Shown here in pieces: positions 8,261 to 17,592 of a DNA stretch of 21,591 bases. The notes under the pieces are model-generated. The model made no database searches. It was not told the origin of the DNA and was given only the letters and a program-made list of their open reading frames with translations. The position numbers were made by a program, and so were the translations under genes. Source of the DNA: an uncultured Verrucomicrobiales bacterium (lineage in GTDB: Bacteria > Verrucomicrobiota > Verrucomicrobiia > Verrucomicrobiales > DEV007); assembly GCA_938091905.1 (NCBI GenBank), contig CALKOM010000199.1, forward strand, positions 1 to 21,591, given 5' to 3'. The first letter of the stretch is position 1; each line of letters starts with the position of its first letter.

Positions 8261-10025
8261 CAATCCCACACTGAATGCTTGCCTGGATGTAGCCAACGAT
8301 TTCGAGACGGCGCTGAACAGCCTCGGCGACACGTCGCAATGGCCTGCTGATCACGCCTTGCGCCAACGATGCGCAGAATTTCGTTACGCCGCGCGTGATC
8401 TCGCAGAACAGAAAGGCCTGAATCAATTCGCCATAGCGTTTATTGGCCCAAAGAACGCGGGCAAGACAACGCTGCTTTCGCTACTTCTTCGCAGTAAGAC
8501 GATTAAGGAGCAACTGGCCTCCGGCGAAGGCATCCGAGGCACGACTGAGAAAATACAATGGATTAGCTCTGAACCTATTTCTGATCTCGATCGCCGGGTG
8601 GAAGAAAGCGTCCACATCGTTCCTAGCGATGTCGCCAAACTTGGATGCGACTACACACTCATTGATGTTCCAGGTGCCAACGAGGCCCACCCACTCAGAG
8701 CAGCAGCCGCGGCCCGCGCTTTGCGGACCGCCCATCTCAAAGTGCTCGTCGCCGAAGCCCGCACCATCGAAGATGCCTCACTGCTAGACTACCTGCAAGA
8801 TGCCGATGGGGCAACGATTCTACCAGTCATCAATCAGATCCGGCCTGGCACCGAAGATCAGGACATCAGCGGATTTCTCGATCGCCTTCAATCTGCCATT
8901 CCAAACTCTCGTCTTCTCTCTCCGCTTCGAGTGCCGGACTTCCAGCTCGCAGGCCAAACTGAAAGCGCCGTTGACGCTGCTGAGGCACTCCAACGTCGCC
9001 TACGTGATGTGGTCCGCGCGGAACACCTCGACGAACTACTCGAGCCACAACTTCTCCGCATGAAAACCCGGTTTCAGGATGAGATGCATGGAGAACTTTC
9101 AAAAGCCCTTCCCGCGACCGCCGAAGCCGCGCAAGAGCTGCAGCATATCGAAAGACACCTCGCAGTCGATGCCCTGGAGTGTTTGCTAGGCGCAGATGAT
9201 CGCGATCGCGCCGTAATCGCCGGGCTACGCCAGCAACTACGCGGGCTCTTTCAGCAGCGAAGCCCCGTTCTCTTTTTTCCTTGGCGAGCCTTTGTCGGTC
9301 TGGCGAATCTCCTCCACGGGGCACTTGAAAAGGTTCCCCTTCTCCTCGTCGGCAGCCTGCCCTCCCTTGTCGGCTCAGCCATGACGGCGGTAAAGAACGT
9401 CGCGCAAGGTCGCGAGTTCAATGAAAGCCGAAGTGAAGGCCTTCGCAAACATGCCGAACTGTTAGTAAAAGAATCACTTCATCCCCGAGTGGATCATTTG
9501 GAAGCCGCCATCCGCAGTGATCTTCGTAGCCCGCAGCAAGCAGACTACGATAGTCTTGAGGTTGAGTTCGAAGGACTTGAGCGTCTTCAGAGCCGCTCAA
9601 GCGAATTGTTTCAAGAAGTATTGGATGCTCAAGCACCGAGTCGCGTGGCAACGTGGATTACAGGATTGATTGGCCTGGCCATCTTCTGGAGCATCTTTAT
9701 CTGGCCATTCATTTCACTCTACAAAGATTACTTCAATGCGGTGAATGACTTTGTTAGTAAGCCAGTCGACCACACAATCTTTCCAAAAGACAGTTTCTCC
9801 ATTATTGGCACGAGCTTTCTCCTCGCTGTTTTCCCAATGCTCTTGTGGCTCGTGCTCGTGTTGAGTTGGGTCGCTTCTCGAGCCCGCGCCATCGCCTGTC
9901 TAAGGCGTCTTCGCCATGGCCACCAGGCAATCATCGAAGATCTCAATGCTAAGAGCATTCTCCGCGTGCGCGCACGGCACCCCCGCCTCCAGGCCTGCCT
10001 CAAGCTGTTCTCCAAGCGGACATAG
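8250..10025 (+). CDS. Uncharacterised P-loop GTPase, dynamin-like, with two C-terminal TM helices (protein B)
   Basis: G1 GPKNAGKT (aa 66-73), G2-like GTT, G3 LIDVPG, G4-like VINQI. Helical stalk, then TM segments WITGLIGLAIFWSIFIWPFISLY and IIGTSFLLAVFPMLLWLVLVLSWV. Overlaps the upstream gene by 11 nt. Confidence 0.75.
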   Translation: MVSDNPTLNACLDVANDFETALNSLGDTSQWPADHALRQRCAEFRYAARDLAEQKGLNQFAIAFIGPKNAGKTTLLSLLLRSKTIKEQLASGEGIRGTTEKIQWISSEPISDLDRRVEESVHIVPSDVAKLGCDYTLIDVPGANEAHPLRAAAAARALRTAHLKVLVAEARTIEDASLLDYLQDADGATILPVINQIRPGTEDQDISGFLDRLQSAIPNSRLLSPLRVPDFQLAGQTESAVDAAEALQRRLRDVVRAEHLDELLEPQLLRMKTRFQDEMHGELSKALPATAEAAQELQHIERHLAVDALECLLGADDRDRAVIAGLRQQLRGLFQQRSPVLFFPWRAFVGLANLLHGALEKVPLLLVGSLPSLVGSAMTAVKNVAQGREFNESRSEGLRKHAELLVKESLHPRVDHLEAAIRSDLRSPQQADYDSLEVEFEGLERLQSRSSELFQEVLDAQAPSRVATWITGLIGLAIFWSIFIWPFISLYKDYFNAVNDFVSKPVDHTIFPKDSFSIIGTSFLLAVFPMLLWLVLVLSWVASRARAIACLRRLRHGHQAIIEDLNAKSILRVRARHPRLQACLKLFSKRT

Positions 10026-10075
10026 CTTGGCACAAATCTGTGTACCAAAGATCCTAGGATTGCGTTTCATAGACC

Positions 10076-11294
10076 ATGAAACAGCTTTCTTTCGTAATCG
10101 GCGGAATCCTCCTCATCTCAGCCACTGCTGCCCCGGCCGCACCTCATCGCGGCGTGTGGTTCTGGAACACAACAGAGGTCGATGGCTCTGATAGTCCCCA
10201 TAGCTCCGAGTTGGTTGTTGGCCCTGCCACAGGCGGCGCTGAAGATGAAGCGATCGCCTTCATGACGTTCCAAGGAATCAAGGAAGTCTACGGCAGCTAC
10301 AAGCAGCGTCCCAAAAACGATCCCGGGGATATCTGGCCATAGAACGAGAAACTGGATGCCGCGGGCATCGACTCTCAACTTCTCATTTCAGGGTTCGACG
10401 CTGCCGATCCTACACCGCTCACTGATCCCCTACACACCTCGCTCGTCGGGAAAGTGACAGATCGTTTGATCACTTTCAATGACACCGCACCGTCGGCTGC
10501 CGCACAATTCGACGCGCTTCATTTAGACCTTGAGCCGCAGTCGCTCGATGACTGGAGCACGGCCTCTGACGCTGGCAAACGCGTCTACTTAGATCATCTG
10601 CTCGATGCCTTCATCGATATCAGAGCGGCTTTGGATGCAGGTGGCTACGGTAGTCTCCCGATCTATGCCGACATCCCCTTCACTTGGGACAAGATTCCAG
10701 GATCGATTGGATGGACCAGCCCGGCCGATCGCGACGCTTGGTTCAATGATGTCCTAACAGTCGTCGATGGCCTCACCATCATGACCTTCTCCAAGGACAA
10801 CTTTGTAGACCTTGAAACAGCCACAGACTACGAACGCCGGAAGGCCATTGGAGGAAACGTCCACGTTGGAATTCAGCCCAAGGTCGGTCCCGGCGAGATC
10901 TGGCCAACCTACCCCATCTTCGAATCGACCATGGTGGCGCTCGAAACCGCACACGGTGAAGCGCATATCAAGAACTACGCTTTCTGGCGTCACGCCTACG
11001 AAGACTTTGGGCCAACCATCGGCTCTGCACCAGGAGCGGACGTGCTCTCGGAACTTACGAGCAGTCCTTCAGGAACAGGAGGGGTTATCATCCTCACGGG
11101 CGGGCGCGCCAGGATACGTCTACACTGTCAAACATAGCATGCATCCAGGCGGTGGTTGGAAAGACACGGCGACGTTACGCACGAGATCGGATGAAGGGAA
11201 AGAAGTCATCGAGCAGCCCGTGGACTACGGCAACGACGAACGCGGTTTCTAGATTGTGACGGAGGAGCCCACAGCGGACCTGGAACTACCTTGA
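10076..11294 (+). pseudogene. Secreted protein with glycoside-hydrolase-like barrel signature and C-terminal beta-rich domain, disrupted
   Basis: Signal peptide MKQLSFVIGGILLISATAAPA. ORFs 10076-10342 and 10454-11137 are one frame split by TAG 10340-10342. Contains FDALHLDLEP. A 4-bp duplication (GGGC GGGC, 11098-11105) shifts the frame; the restored frame reads GAPGYVYTVKHS...W...RGF*IVTEE with TAG 11250-11252 and ends at TGA 11292-11294. Confidence 0.75.
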
Positions 11295-11299
11295 GGCCG

Positions 11300-13225
11300 T
11301 TACACTGCATTCTCCTCCTGGCGAGATCCGTGGCGATACATCAAGTAACTTACGGCAGCTAGCAAGACAACACCGGCAAGAGCCCCTTTGTGGACACCAA
11401 AGACAGCAAGCGCCTCCTTGCCCAACAAGACAATCGGAATGGCAAGCAGGATTCCTAGCAAAGCCTCCCCTGTTATTAGGCCCGCAGCAAAGAGGAGTCC
11501 GTCCCGATGCGGCTCAGTCCGACCACGCCGAGCAAAGTGAGCAATCAGGCCACCTAGCAAGATCGGAACAGAAAGTTCAAACGGTAAGTAGATACCGACT
11601 GCCACTGCAAGCACAGGGGTTCGGAAACTGGATCCTCGGGCAGCAAGGGCTTGATCGAGAATGATCACCGCAACCGCGATCCCCATGCCCACGCTCATGA
11701 TGCCCCAAGGCAAGCCGCCGGCGAAGACGCCTTTGGCAACTGCGGCCATCAATGAAGCTTGAGGTGCTGACAGCGGTTCAGGATGCTCTGCCGTTGGCAC
11801 TCCGATGCCGTAGGCCTCTTGAATGAGGCCGAGCACGGGTGCCATGAAGAGCGCTGCTGAGAGAACACCGATCACCTGCATGATCTGCTGATTTCGCGGT
11901 GTAGCGCCTAGCAGGTGACCTGCTTTCAAATCCTGCATGTTGTCTCCTCCGATCGCAGCCGCGCAACACACCACAGCACCGATCAGAATGGCTGCAGCGG
12001 CACCAATCTCTTTGTCATGGCCTAGAATGTTGAGTAGGCCTAACAAGAGGAGTGCTGATGTCAGAATCGTCGCGATGGTCACACCCGATATCGGATTATT
12101 AGAGGACCCAACCAAACCAGCCATGTAACTCGCCACGGCAGAGAAAAGGAAACCTGCAACAACCATCGCAACGGCCATGAATCCGGAGATAACGACACTC
12201 TTTGTAATCATCCAGAAGACGATTGCCAATGGAATCACCGCAAGTCCGGCACAAATCACAACGAGATTCATCGGGAACTCCCTTTCCGTCCGAGAAACAT
12301 CCTCGCCACTTGCTGCCTTTGCCTTGTAAGCAGCGAAGCCCGATTTGATTCCTTTAACAAGACTGCTCCGAAGCTGTATCAAAGCCCAAAGTCCACCGAC
12401 AATCATTGCACCAACGCCTAAATAGCGTGTCTTGGTCGACCAAATTCCGTAGGCCGCATCAACGGCAGACTCACCCTGAACGGGGTCAAGTGAGGCCAAA
12501 TAAGGAATAGCAATAAACCAATTGAGCGCTCCGCCTATAAAGACCAGAACGGCGATGTTCAAACCCACAATGTAGCCAACCCCAACCAAGGCGGGAGATA
12601 GATTGCAACCGAAATAGGCAATGCTGCTTCCGACGTAGCTCGCTTTCTCCGCGATCTCTCCCCAGAGCTTCATACCAGCCGCTCCAAACTTCATGACCGC
12701 ACCGGCCAAACCTCCGAACAGGATAGCTTTAATGCTCCCCTTTCCGGCTTCGCCACTCTTAAGCACCTCGGCAGTCGCCAATCCTTCGGGAAACTGCAAA
12801 GGCTGCTCCACAATCAAAGCCCGCCTCAATGGCACCGTGAAGAGCACGCCTAACAATCCACCGATTCCCGCGATGGCGGTCACCTCCCAGTATTTGAACT
12901 CGGTCCACACACCCAGAATGACTAAAGCAGGAAACGTGAAGATAACCCCAGCGGCTAGACTTTCGCCGGCCGAGGCCGACGTTTGCACGATGTTATTCTC
13001 GAGAATGTTGTGATTCTTAAACGCCCGGAGAATAGCCATCGAAATGACGGCGGCCGGAATCGATGCCGACACGGTCATTCCAGCAAACAATCCAAGATAA
13101 GTGTTCGCACTCGCGAGGACGACCGAGAGCACGGCACCAAGAATCACCGCCTTGACCGTGATCTCTGGCAACGTCGTCGATGCCGGAATGTAGGGCTTGT
13201 GAGGAGAAGATGAAGGGTCCGCCAT
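11300..13225 (-). CDS. OPT family oligopeptide transporter
   Basis: PEITVKAVILG, NTYLGLFAGMTVSASIPAAVISM, ENNIVQTSASAGES, FPEGLATAEVL, GLVGSSNNPISG, DNMQDLKAGHLLGATP, APQA; many TM helices. Confidence 0.95.
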   Translation of the reverse strand: MADPSSSPHKPYIPASTTLPEITVKAVILGAVLSVVLASANTYLGLFAGMTVSASIPAAVISMAILRAFKNHNILENNIVQTSASAGESLAAGVIFTFPALVILGVWTEFKYWEVTAIAGIGGLLGVLFTVPLRRALIVEQPLQFPEGLATAEVLKSGEAGKGSIKAILFGGLAGAVMKFGAAGMKLWGEIAEKASYVGSSIAYFGCNLSPALVGVGYIVGLNIAVLVFIGGALNWFIAIPYLASLDPVQGESAVDAAYGIWSTKTRYLGVGAMIVGGLWALIQLRSSLVKGIKSGFAAYKAKAASGEDVSRTEREFPMNLVVICAGLAVIPLAIVFWMITKSVVISGFMAVAMVVAGFLFSAVASYMAGLVGSSNNPISGVTIATILTSALLLLGLLNILGHDKEIGAAAAILIGAVVCCAAAIGGDNMQDLKAGHLLGATPRNQQIMQVIGVLSAALFMAPVLGLIQEAYGIGVPTAEHPEPLSAPQASLMAAVAKGVFAGGLPWGIMSVGMGIAVAVIILDQALAARGSSFRTPVLAVAVGIYLPFELSVPILLGGLIAHFARRGRTEPHRDGLLFAAGLITGEALLGILLAIPIVLLGKEALAVFGVHKGALAGVVLLAAVSYLMYRHGSRQEENAV

Positions 13226-13231
13226 GCGGCG

Positions 13232-13260
13232 AATCTATGCACCTACAAACGGCATGACAA
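13232..13260 (-). promoter_or_regulatory. Putative promoter of the OPT gene (leaderless geometry)
   Basis: TTGTCA-N17-TAGATT, ending 6 nt before ATG 13225. No SD. Confidence 0.5.
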
Positions 13261-13289
13261 GCCAGTCCTCCAGTGAATCAAGGAGAACT

Positions 13290-13784
13290 CTAGTAGTCGA
13301 TGTCCAGGAAGTGCGAGCGAAGCTCCTCAGCTTTGCGCAGCATCAACTCGCTATCCATGCGGACGCGGCGACAAAGCACCTTTCCCAGTGCTTTGAACAA
13401 CTCACGCCCAGCTTTGGGATCTGCTTCTACAAACAAATCAAACGCTTCGTGTTCGATCGTCCAGAGACGTGCAGATCCTTCAGTCACACGCGCGGTGGAA
13501 CTCGCTACTAACGGATCAATGAGGCTCATTTCACCGACGACGTCTCCAGACTTCAACAAGCCAAGCTCAACAAGATCTCCATGCGCTTGAACGATCACAC
13601 TGACACGACCAGAAAGAATCAATGACATGACGTTATGGGCTCGCCCCTGGACGGCCAACAAGGAACCAACAGGACATTCCGTAAACTGCCCAGCCGCAGT
13701 TAGGCGAGCACGTACATCGGGCTCCAGATCTGCTACAAAGCCAATCGGTGGCAGCGACTCTTCAATATGGGTTTCAGCGGTCAT
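13290..13784 (-). CDS. Stand-alone cyclic nucleotide-binding domain protein
   Basis: G..L..QG....MSLILSGRVSV....LKSGDVVGEMSLID....SSTA, followed by a C-helix and no HTH. Start chosen at ATG 13784 (MTAETH); the ORF is open to 13829. Confidence 0.85.
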   Translation of the reverse strand: MTAETHIEESLPPIGFVADLEPDVRARLTAAGQFTECPVGSLLAVQGRAHNVMSLILSGRVSVIVQAHGDLVELGLLKSGDVVGEMSLIDPLVASSTARVTEGSARLWTIEHEAFDLFVEADPKAGRELFKALGKVLCRRVRMDSELMLRKAEELRSHFLDIDY

Positions 13785-14030
13785 AGGCAAACAAGCACTA
13801 GTGATCATTTTTAATAACATGTACAGCATTCCACGGGCCGCATGGGCTCCTTTGTGAAGCTTTCGCTACATAGGTAGACCACAACGAATTTGGCGACCCG
13901 CGGTTACCGCAACTTGCGGTGATGTCTTCTAGATCAATATCCCTCTCCCATCTTAGACTTTCTGAACGGTGCACAACACGACCGCCTCAGCTATCTGCCT
14001 AGCCCGAGAACGGGAAGAAAGCAAATCCCC

Positions 14031-16226
14031 TCAAGGGATGAGCCCTGCAATCACCAGCGCCACCACCGAGATCAGCTTCAAGAGGATGTTGAGCGACGGG
14101 CCAGAGGTGTCTTTCAAAGGATCGCCAACCGTATCGCCCACCACAGATGCCTTGTGAGCCTCTGAGCCTTTGCCGTGAGTTTCGCCGTCCACCTTGACAC
14201 CTTCTTCGATCATCTTCTTGGCATTGTCCCAAGCGCCACCGGCATTCGACTGGAAGAGTGCTAGTAGCACTCCACAAACCGTGACCCCAGCCAGCAACCC
14301 ACCAAGCATAGCGCCTCCCCCAAGGAACCCGACAAGCACCGGTGCAGCCACAGCAAGCAGGCCCGGCTTGACCATCTCTTTGATTGCAGACTGGGTGGAA
14401 ATCTCGACGCATTTGCCATACTCAGGCTTCCCATCAGCAGCTTCAAAGGTCTCGCGGTCTGCCTCCGACCACTCAGCAATGGGCTTGTCTTCGTTCTTGC
14501 GCATCACTTCGAGAGCCTTCGTCAGTTCGGGAATGCTAGAGAACTGACGACGAACCTCACTAATCATCGCCATGGCAGCGCGTCCGACTGCTTCCATGGA
14601 GAATGCAGAGAACAAGAACGGTAACATGCCACCGACAAACAACGCGGCCATGACTTTAGGATCCGTGATCTCAATCGTAAGCACCGTCCCATGCGTCGCT
14701 TCGTAAGACGTCTTGAAAGCAGCGAACAGAGCCAAGGCTGTGAGAGCTGCGGAACCAATGGCAAACCCTTTACCAATCGCAGCCGTCGTATTCCCCACCG
14801 TATCCAACTTGTCCGTGCGTTGGCGCACCTCAGGTGGCAACTCTGACATTTCCGCTATGCCACCTGCATTGTCTGAGATCGGCCCGTAGGCATCCACTGC
14901 GAGTTGAATACCCGTATTCGATAACATTCCTACAGCAGCAATGGCGATGCCATAGAGGCCAGCGAAGTGATGAGCTCCCAAGATACCCGCGGCCAACACG
15001 ATGATTGGCAACGCGGTCGATTTCATTCCAACACCGAGACCGGCAATGATGTTTGTAGCCGAACCTGTCAGCGATTGCTCGGCAATGCTTCGAACCGGCT
15101 TCGTGCCCGAACCGGTGTAATGCTCAGTGATCTTGCCGATCGCCAAACCACTAAAGAGGCCAAACATGATCGCGTAAAACACGCCACTAGGTGTGTAAGG
15201 CACCCCTTCTCTTAGCGTGCCCCAAGTGTCCGGGAGCATCGCTGAGGTGAGGATGGCCATTACAGCAAGCAGGAGAAGTGAAGAACCGAACTCGCCCATA
15301 TTCAGTGCCATCTGAGGACTGCCTCCTTCTTTTACCCTAACCAAGAACGTTCCTAGAATCGAGGTAACAATACCCGAGCCTGCCAATAGTAGCGGCAAGA
15401 GAATAGGACCAAGCCCCCCGAACTCAGACTGACACTCTGGAAGCGATACAAAGACCGTTCCGAGCACCATGGTCGCAATAATAGAGCCTACGTATGATTC
15501 GAAAAGATCGGCTCCCATACCAGCCACATCACCGACGTTGTCACCGACGTTGTCCGCAATCGTCGCTGGATTCAGCGGGTGATCCTCAGGAATACCCGCT
15601 TCCACCTTCCCCACCAGATCGGCTCCTACATCGGCAGCCTTTGTGTAGATGCCACCGCCAACCCTGGCAAAGAGAGCAATCGAGGATGCTCCAAACGAGA
15701 ATCCTGTCACAATACTCATAACAACAGGAAGATCAGCAGCACCTCGCCCATAGATGGTGGAGAAAACAGCAAACAGCGAACCCAATCCTAACAAACCCAA
15801 ACCAACGACACCGAGTCCCATGACTGAACCACCCGCAAAGGCGATCTCCAAGGCCTTCCCCAAGCCGTCGCGCGCAGCATTCGTCGTTCTCACATTGGCC
15901 TTGGTCGCCACTTTCATACCGATATACCCAGCCAATGCCGAACAGGCCGCCCCCACAATGAACGACAGAGCCACCAGAGGGTGAGAATGCTCGCTTCTCA
16001 TTCCGGCAAAGCCCAGGAGTACCGCCACAATCACCACGAAGATCGCGAGAACGCGATACTCTGCCTTGAGAAAAGCCATGGCCCCCTCTTGTATGCTCGC
16101 CCCAATCCGCTTCATTCTATCAGTGCCAGGATCTTGCCTAGCCACCCATGACGATTTCCAAAACGTGTAGATCAGCGCTAATATGCCAAAGGCCGGAATG
16201 ATGAAGATTAGGGTATCGCTTGTCAT
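14031..16226 (-). CDS. hppA: Membrane-integral pyrophosphatase, K+-dependent, probably Na+-translocating
   Basis: [82 protein letters not shown] (Ala, not Lys) marks the K+-dependent type; DLFESYVG matches Na+-PPases. Confidence 0.96.
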   Translation of the reverse strand: MTSDTLIFIIPAFGILALIYTFWKSSWVARQDPGTDRMKRIGASIQEGAMAFLKAEYRVLAIFVVIVAVLLGFAGMRSEHSHPLVALSFIVGAACSALAGYIGMKVATKANVRTTNAARDGLGKALEIAFAGGSVMGLGVVGLGLLGLGSLFAVFSTIYGRGAADLPVVMSIVTGFSFGASSIALFARVGGGIYTKAADVGADLVGKVEAGIPEDHPLNPATIADNVGDNVGDVAGMGADLFESYVGSIIATMVLGTVFVSLPECQSEFGGLGPILLPLLLAGSGIVTSILGTFLVRVKEGGSPQMALNMGEFGSSLLLLAVMAILTSAMLPDTWGTLREGVPYTPSGVFYAIMFGLFSGLAIGKITEHYTGSGTKPVRSIAEQSLTGSATNIIAGLGVGMKSTALPIIVLAAGILGAHHFAGLYGIAIAAVGMLSNTGIQLAVDAYGPISDNAGGIAEMSELPPEVRQRTDKLDTVGNTTAAIGKGFAIGSAALTALALFAAFKTSYEATHGTVLTIEITDPKVMAALFVGGMLPFLFSAFSMEAVGRAAMAMISEVRRQFSSIPELTKALEVMRKNEDKPIAEWSEADRETFEAADGKPEYGKCVEISTQSAIKEMVKPGLLAVAAPVLVGFLGGGAMLGGLLAGVTVCGVLLALFQSNAGGAWDNAKKMIEEGVKVDGETHGKGSEAHKASVVGDTVGDPLKDTSGPSLNILLKLISVVALVIAGLIP

Positions 16227-16523
16227 CAAAGTTAGGAAGAGGTTGAGCTGGTCTCGCAGCTACGTTCTATCGAGTTCACGGAAAAATCACAATCTCTATC
16301 TCAACACCTCTACTTCAATTTTCTAAACGAAGATAATCTAACATTGCGCCATAGCGTTCTCATAGAAGGCGCTTTCCCTTGTTAGAGTCACTCGAACCGA
16401 TACTTCGTCGAATCCCAAACCAACAGGATCTCATCTGAGAGGCCCCGAGACTACTTGGATGGGCCTGCAAATTATGACATAATTCATAAATTTAGAGCTA
16501 TTCAGAGAAGCCATGCATCCTTT

Positions 16524-17034
16524 ATGAGAATAATGGACTCTTTGGAACAGCTTTACGATGTCCATGCGCAGGCCCCTCTACGGGTTCCTGCTGAACGTGT
16601 CGCGCAGTCCCGAGGATACCCGAGATGTCCTTCAAACTGTCTTTCTCCGCATAGCTGAACGGCTAGATTTTCTAGATTCGATGCGACACCCAAGAGCCTA
16701 CCTTCTCCGGATGGCCCACCGAGCCTGGATAAATCTGGAGCGGCGAAACTGCTCTCGTAAACAACGCGACCAACGTTTCACGTTCGACACTCCGAATATC
16801 TTCGAATCAGGAAGCGAGACCCAAGACATTCACCGAATACTCAAACGCTACGTTGTCTTTCTACCAGACGCACAACGTGCTGTCGTGTACCTCCACCACT
16901 GGGAAGATCTCAACTTCGGACAGATCGCGAATATGCTAAGCATTCCTAAAAGCACGGCGGTGAATCGCTCTCACTATGTGTTAGAAAAACTACGCGCTCA
17001 GCGTCCTCCCGATACCCACGTCGCAAGAGAATTC
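16524..17034 (+). pseudogene. ECF RNA polymerase sigma factor, frameshifted
   Basis: MRIMDSLEQLYDVHAQA (16524-) joins LYGFLLNVSRSPEDTRDVLQTVF if one C is removed from CCCC 16573-16576. Region 2 PRAYLLRMAHR; region 4 LPDAQRAVVYLHHWEDLNFGQIANMLSIPKSTA. It reads on without a stop into the next gene. Confidence 0.85.
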
Positions 17035-17270
17035 ATGAACGGGCGCAAACTCACCCAACAGTTGCGCGAACTCACACTCGCAACACCACCCGAGTCCTGG
17101 CGGAATAAGACGTTAACAGAACCACGCACCATCGTACCCTTGGCTTCGTCACCGAAGCCAACAACCACATGTGCACAATGGCTGGCAAAAGCAGCGGTCG
17201 TCCTCGTTGAGGTGGGCATTGTCATCTCACACTTTCAGGGCAAGTTCAAAGACACGCGACTGGACATCTA
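17035..17270 (+). pseudogene. Remnant of a small membrane protein downstream of the ECF sigma (putative anti-sigma)
   Basis: ATGA at 17035. MNGRKLTQQLRELTLATPPESWRNKTL followed by one decayed hydrophobic segment. Now fused in frame to the sigma ORF. The 3' boundary is approximate. Confidence 0.45.
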
Positions 17271-17305
17271 CCTTGCCCCTTTTCATCTCCGCTGCTCAAT
17301 TCTAG

Positions 17306-17592
17306 ATTCTGCTCCCTCAGATTGATCCTGAGCTTTGGAAGAAAACCGCAACCACCCAAACCAAATGGGATCTCCTTTCCGCACTCTACCAACTCCAAGC
17401 GCACAAAGTCACCCACAGAGAAGTCCCAGAATCCTTGTTATCCCTGACATCAATTGCACACGACTACGTTACTGACAAGCCTCCCCACTACGAACGCCGT
17501 CCTGATGGCTCTATTCTCCTTGCCTCACTGGACTGGTCCCAATCCGACAGTCCTAACAACTTCGACGTTTGATTCGATTCGATCTGCCATGA
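17306..17592 (+). pseudogene. C-terminal remnant of a paralogue of the 17589-19004 gene
   Basis: Frame 2 reads KTATTQTKWDLLSALYQLQAHK...PESLLSL...DYVTDKPPHYERRPDGSILLASLDW. After a frameshift near 17568 it ends LIRFDLP*, with TGA 17590-17592 overlapping the next ATG. Confidence 0.75.
17462..17536 (+). repeat. Diverged direct repeat, copy 1 (copy 2 at 18879-18953)
   Basis: Manual alignment: 61/75 nt and 23/25 aa identical; differences are mostly synonymous. Confidence 0.9.

Noticed and set aside
13844..13870. CRP-like site near the cNMP gene (TGTGA)
   Set aside because: Only one half-site is present, and the adjacent protein has no DNA-binding domain.
13904..13922. Intrinsic terminator after hppA (ACCGCA-act-TGCGGT)
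   Set aside because: Short stem, 3-nt loop and no convincing U-tract on either strand.
16558..17325. Genuine 255-aa ECF sigma with C-terminal extension
   Set aside because: The true N-terminus is in another frame (16524-16575), and the extension looks like a separate downstream gene fused by decay.
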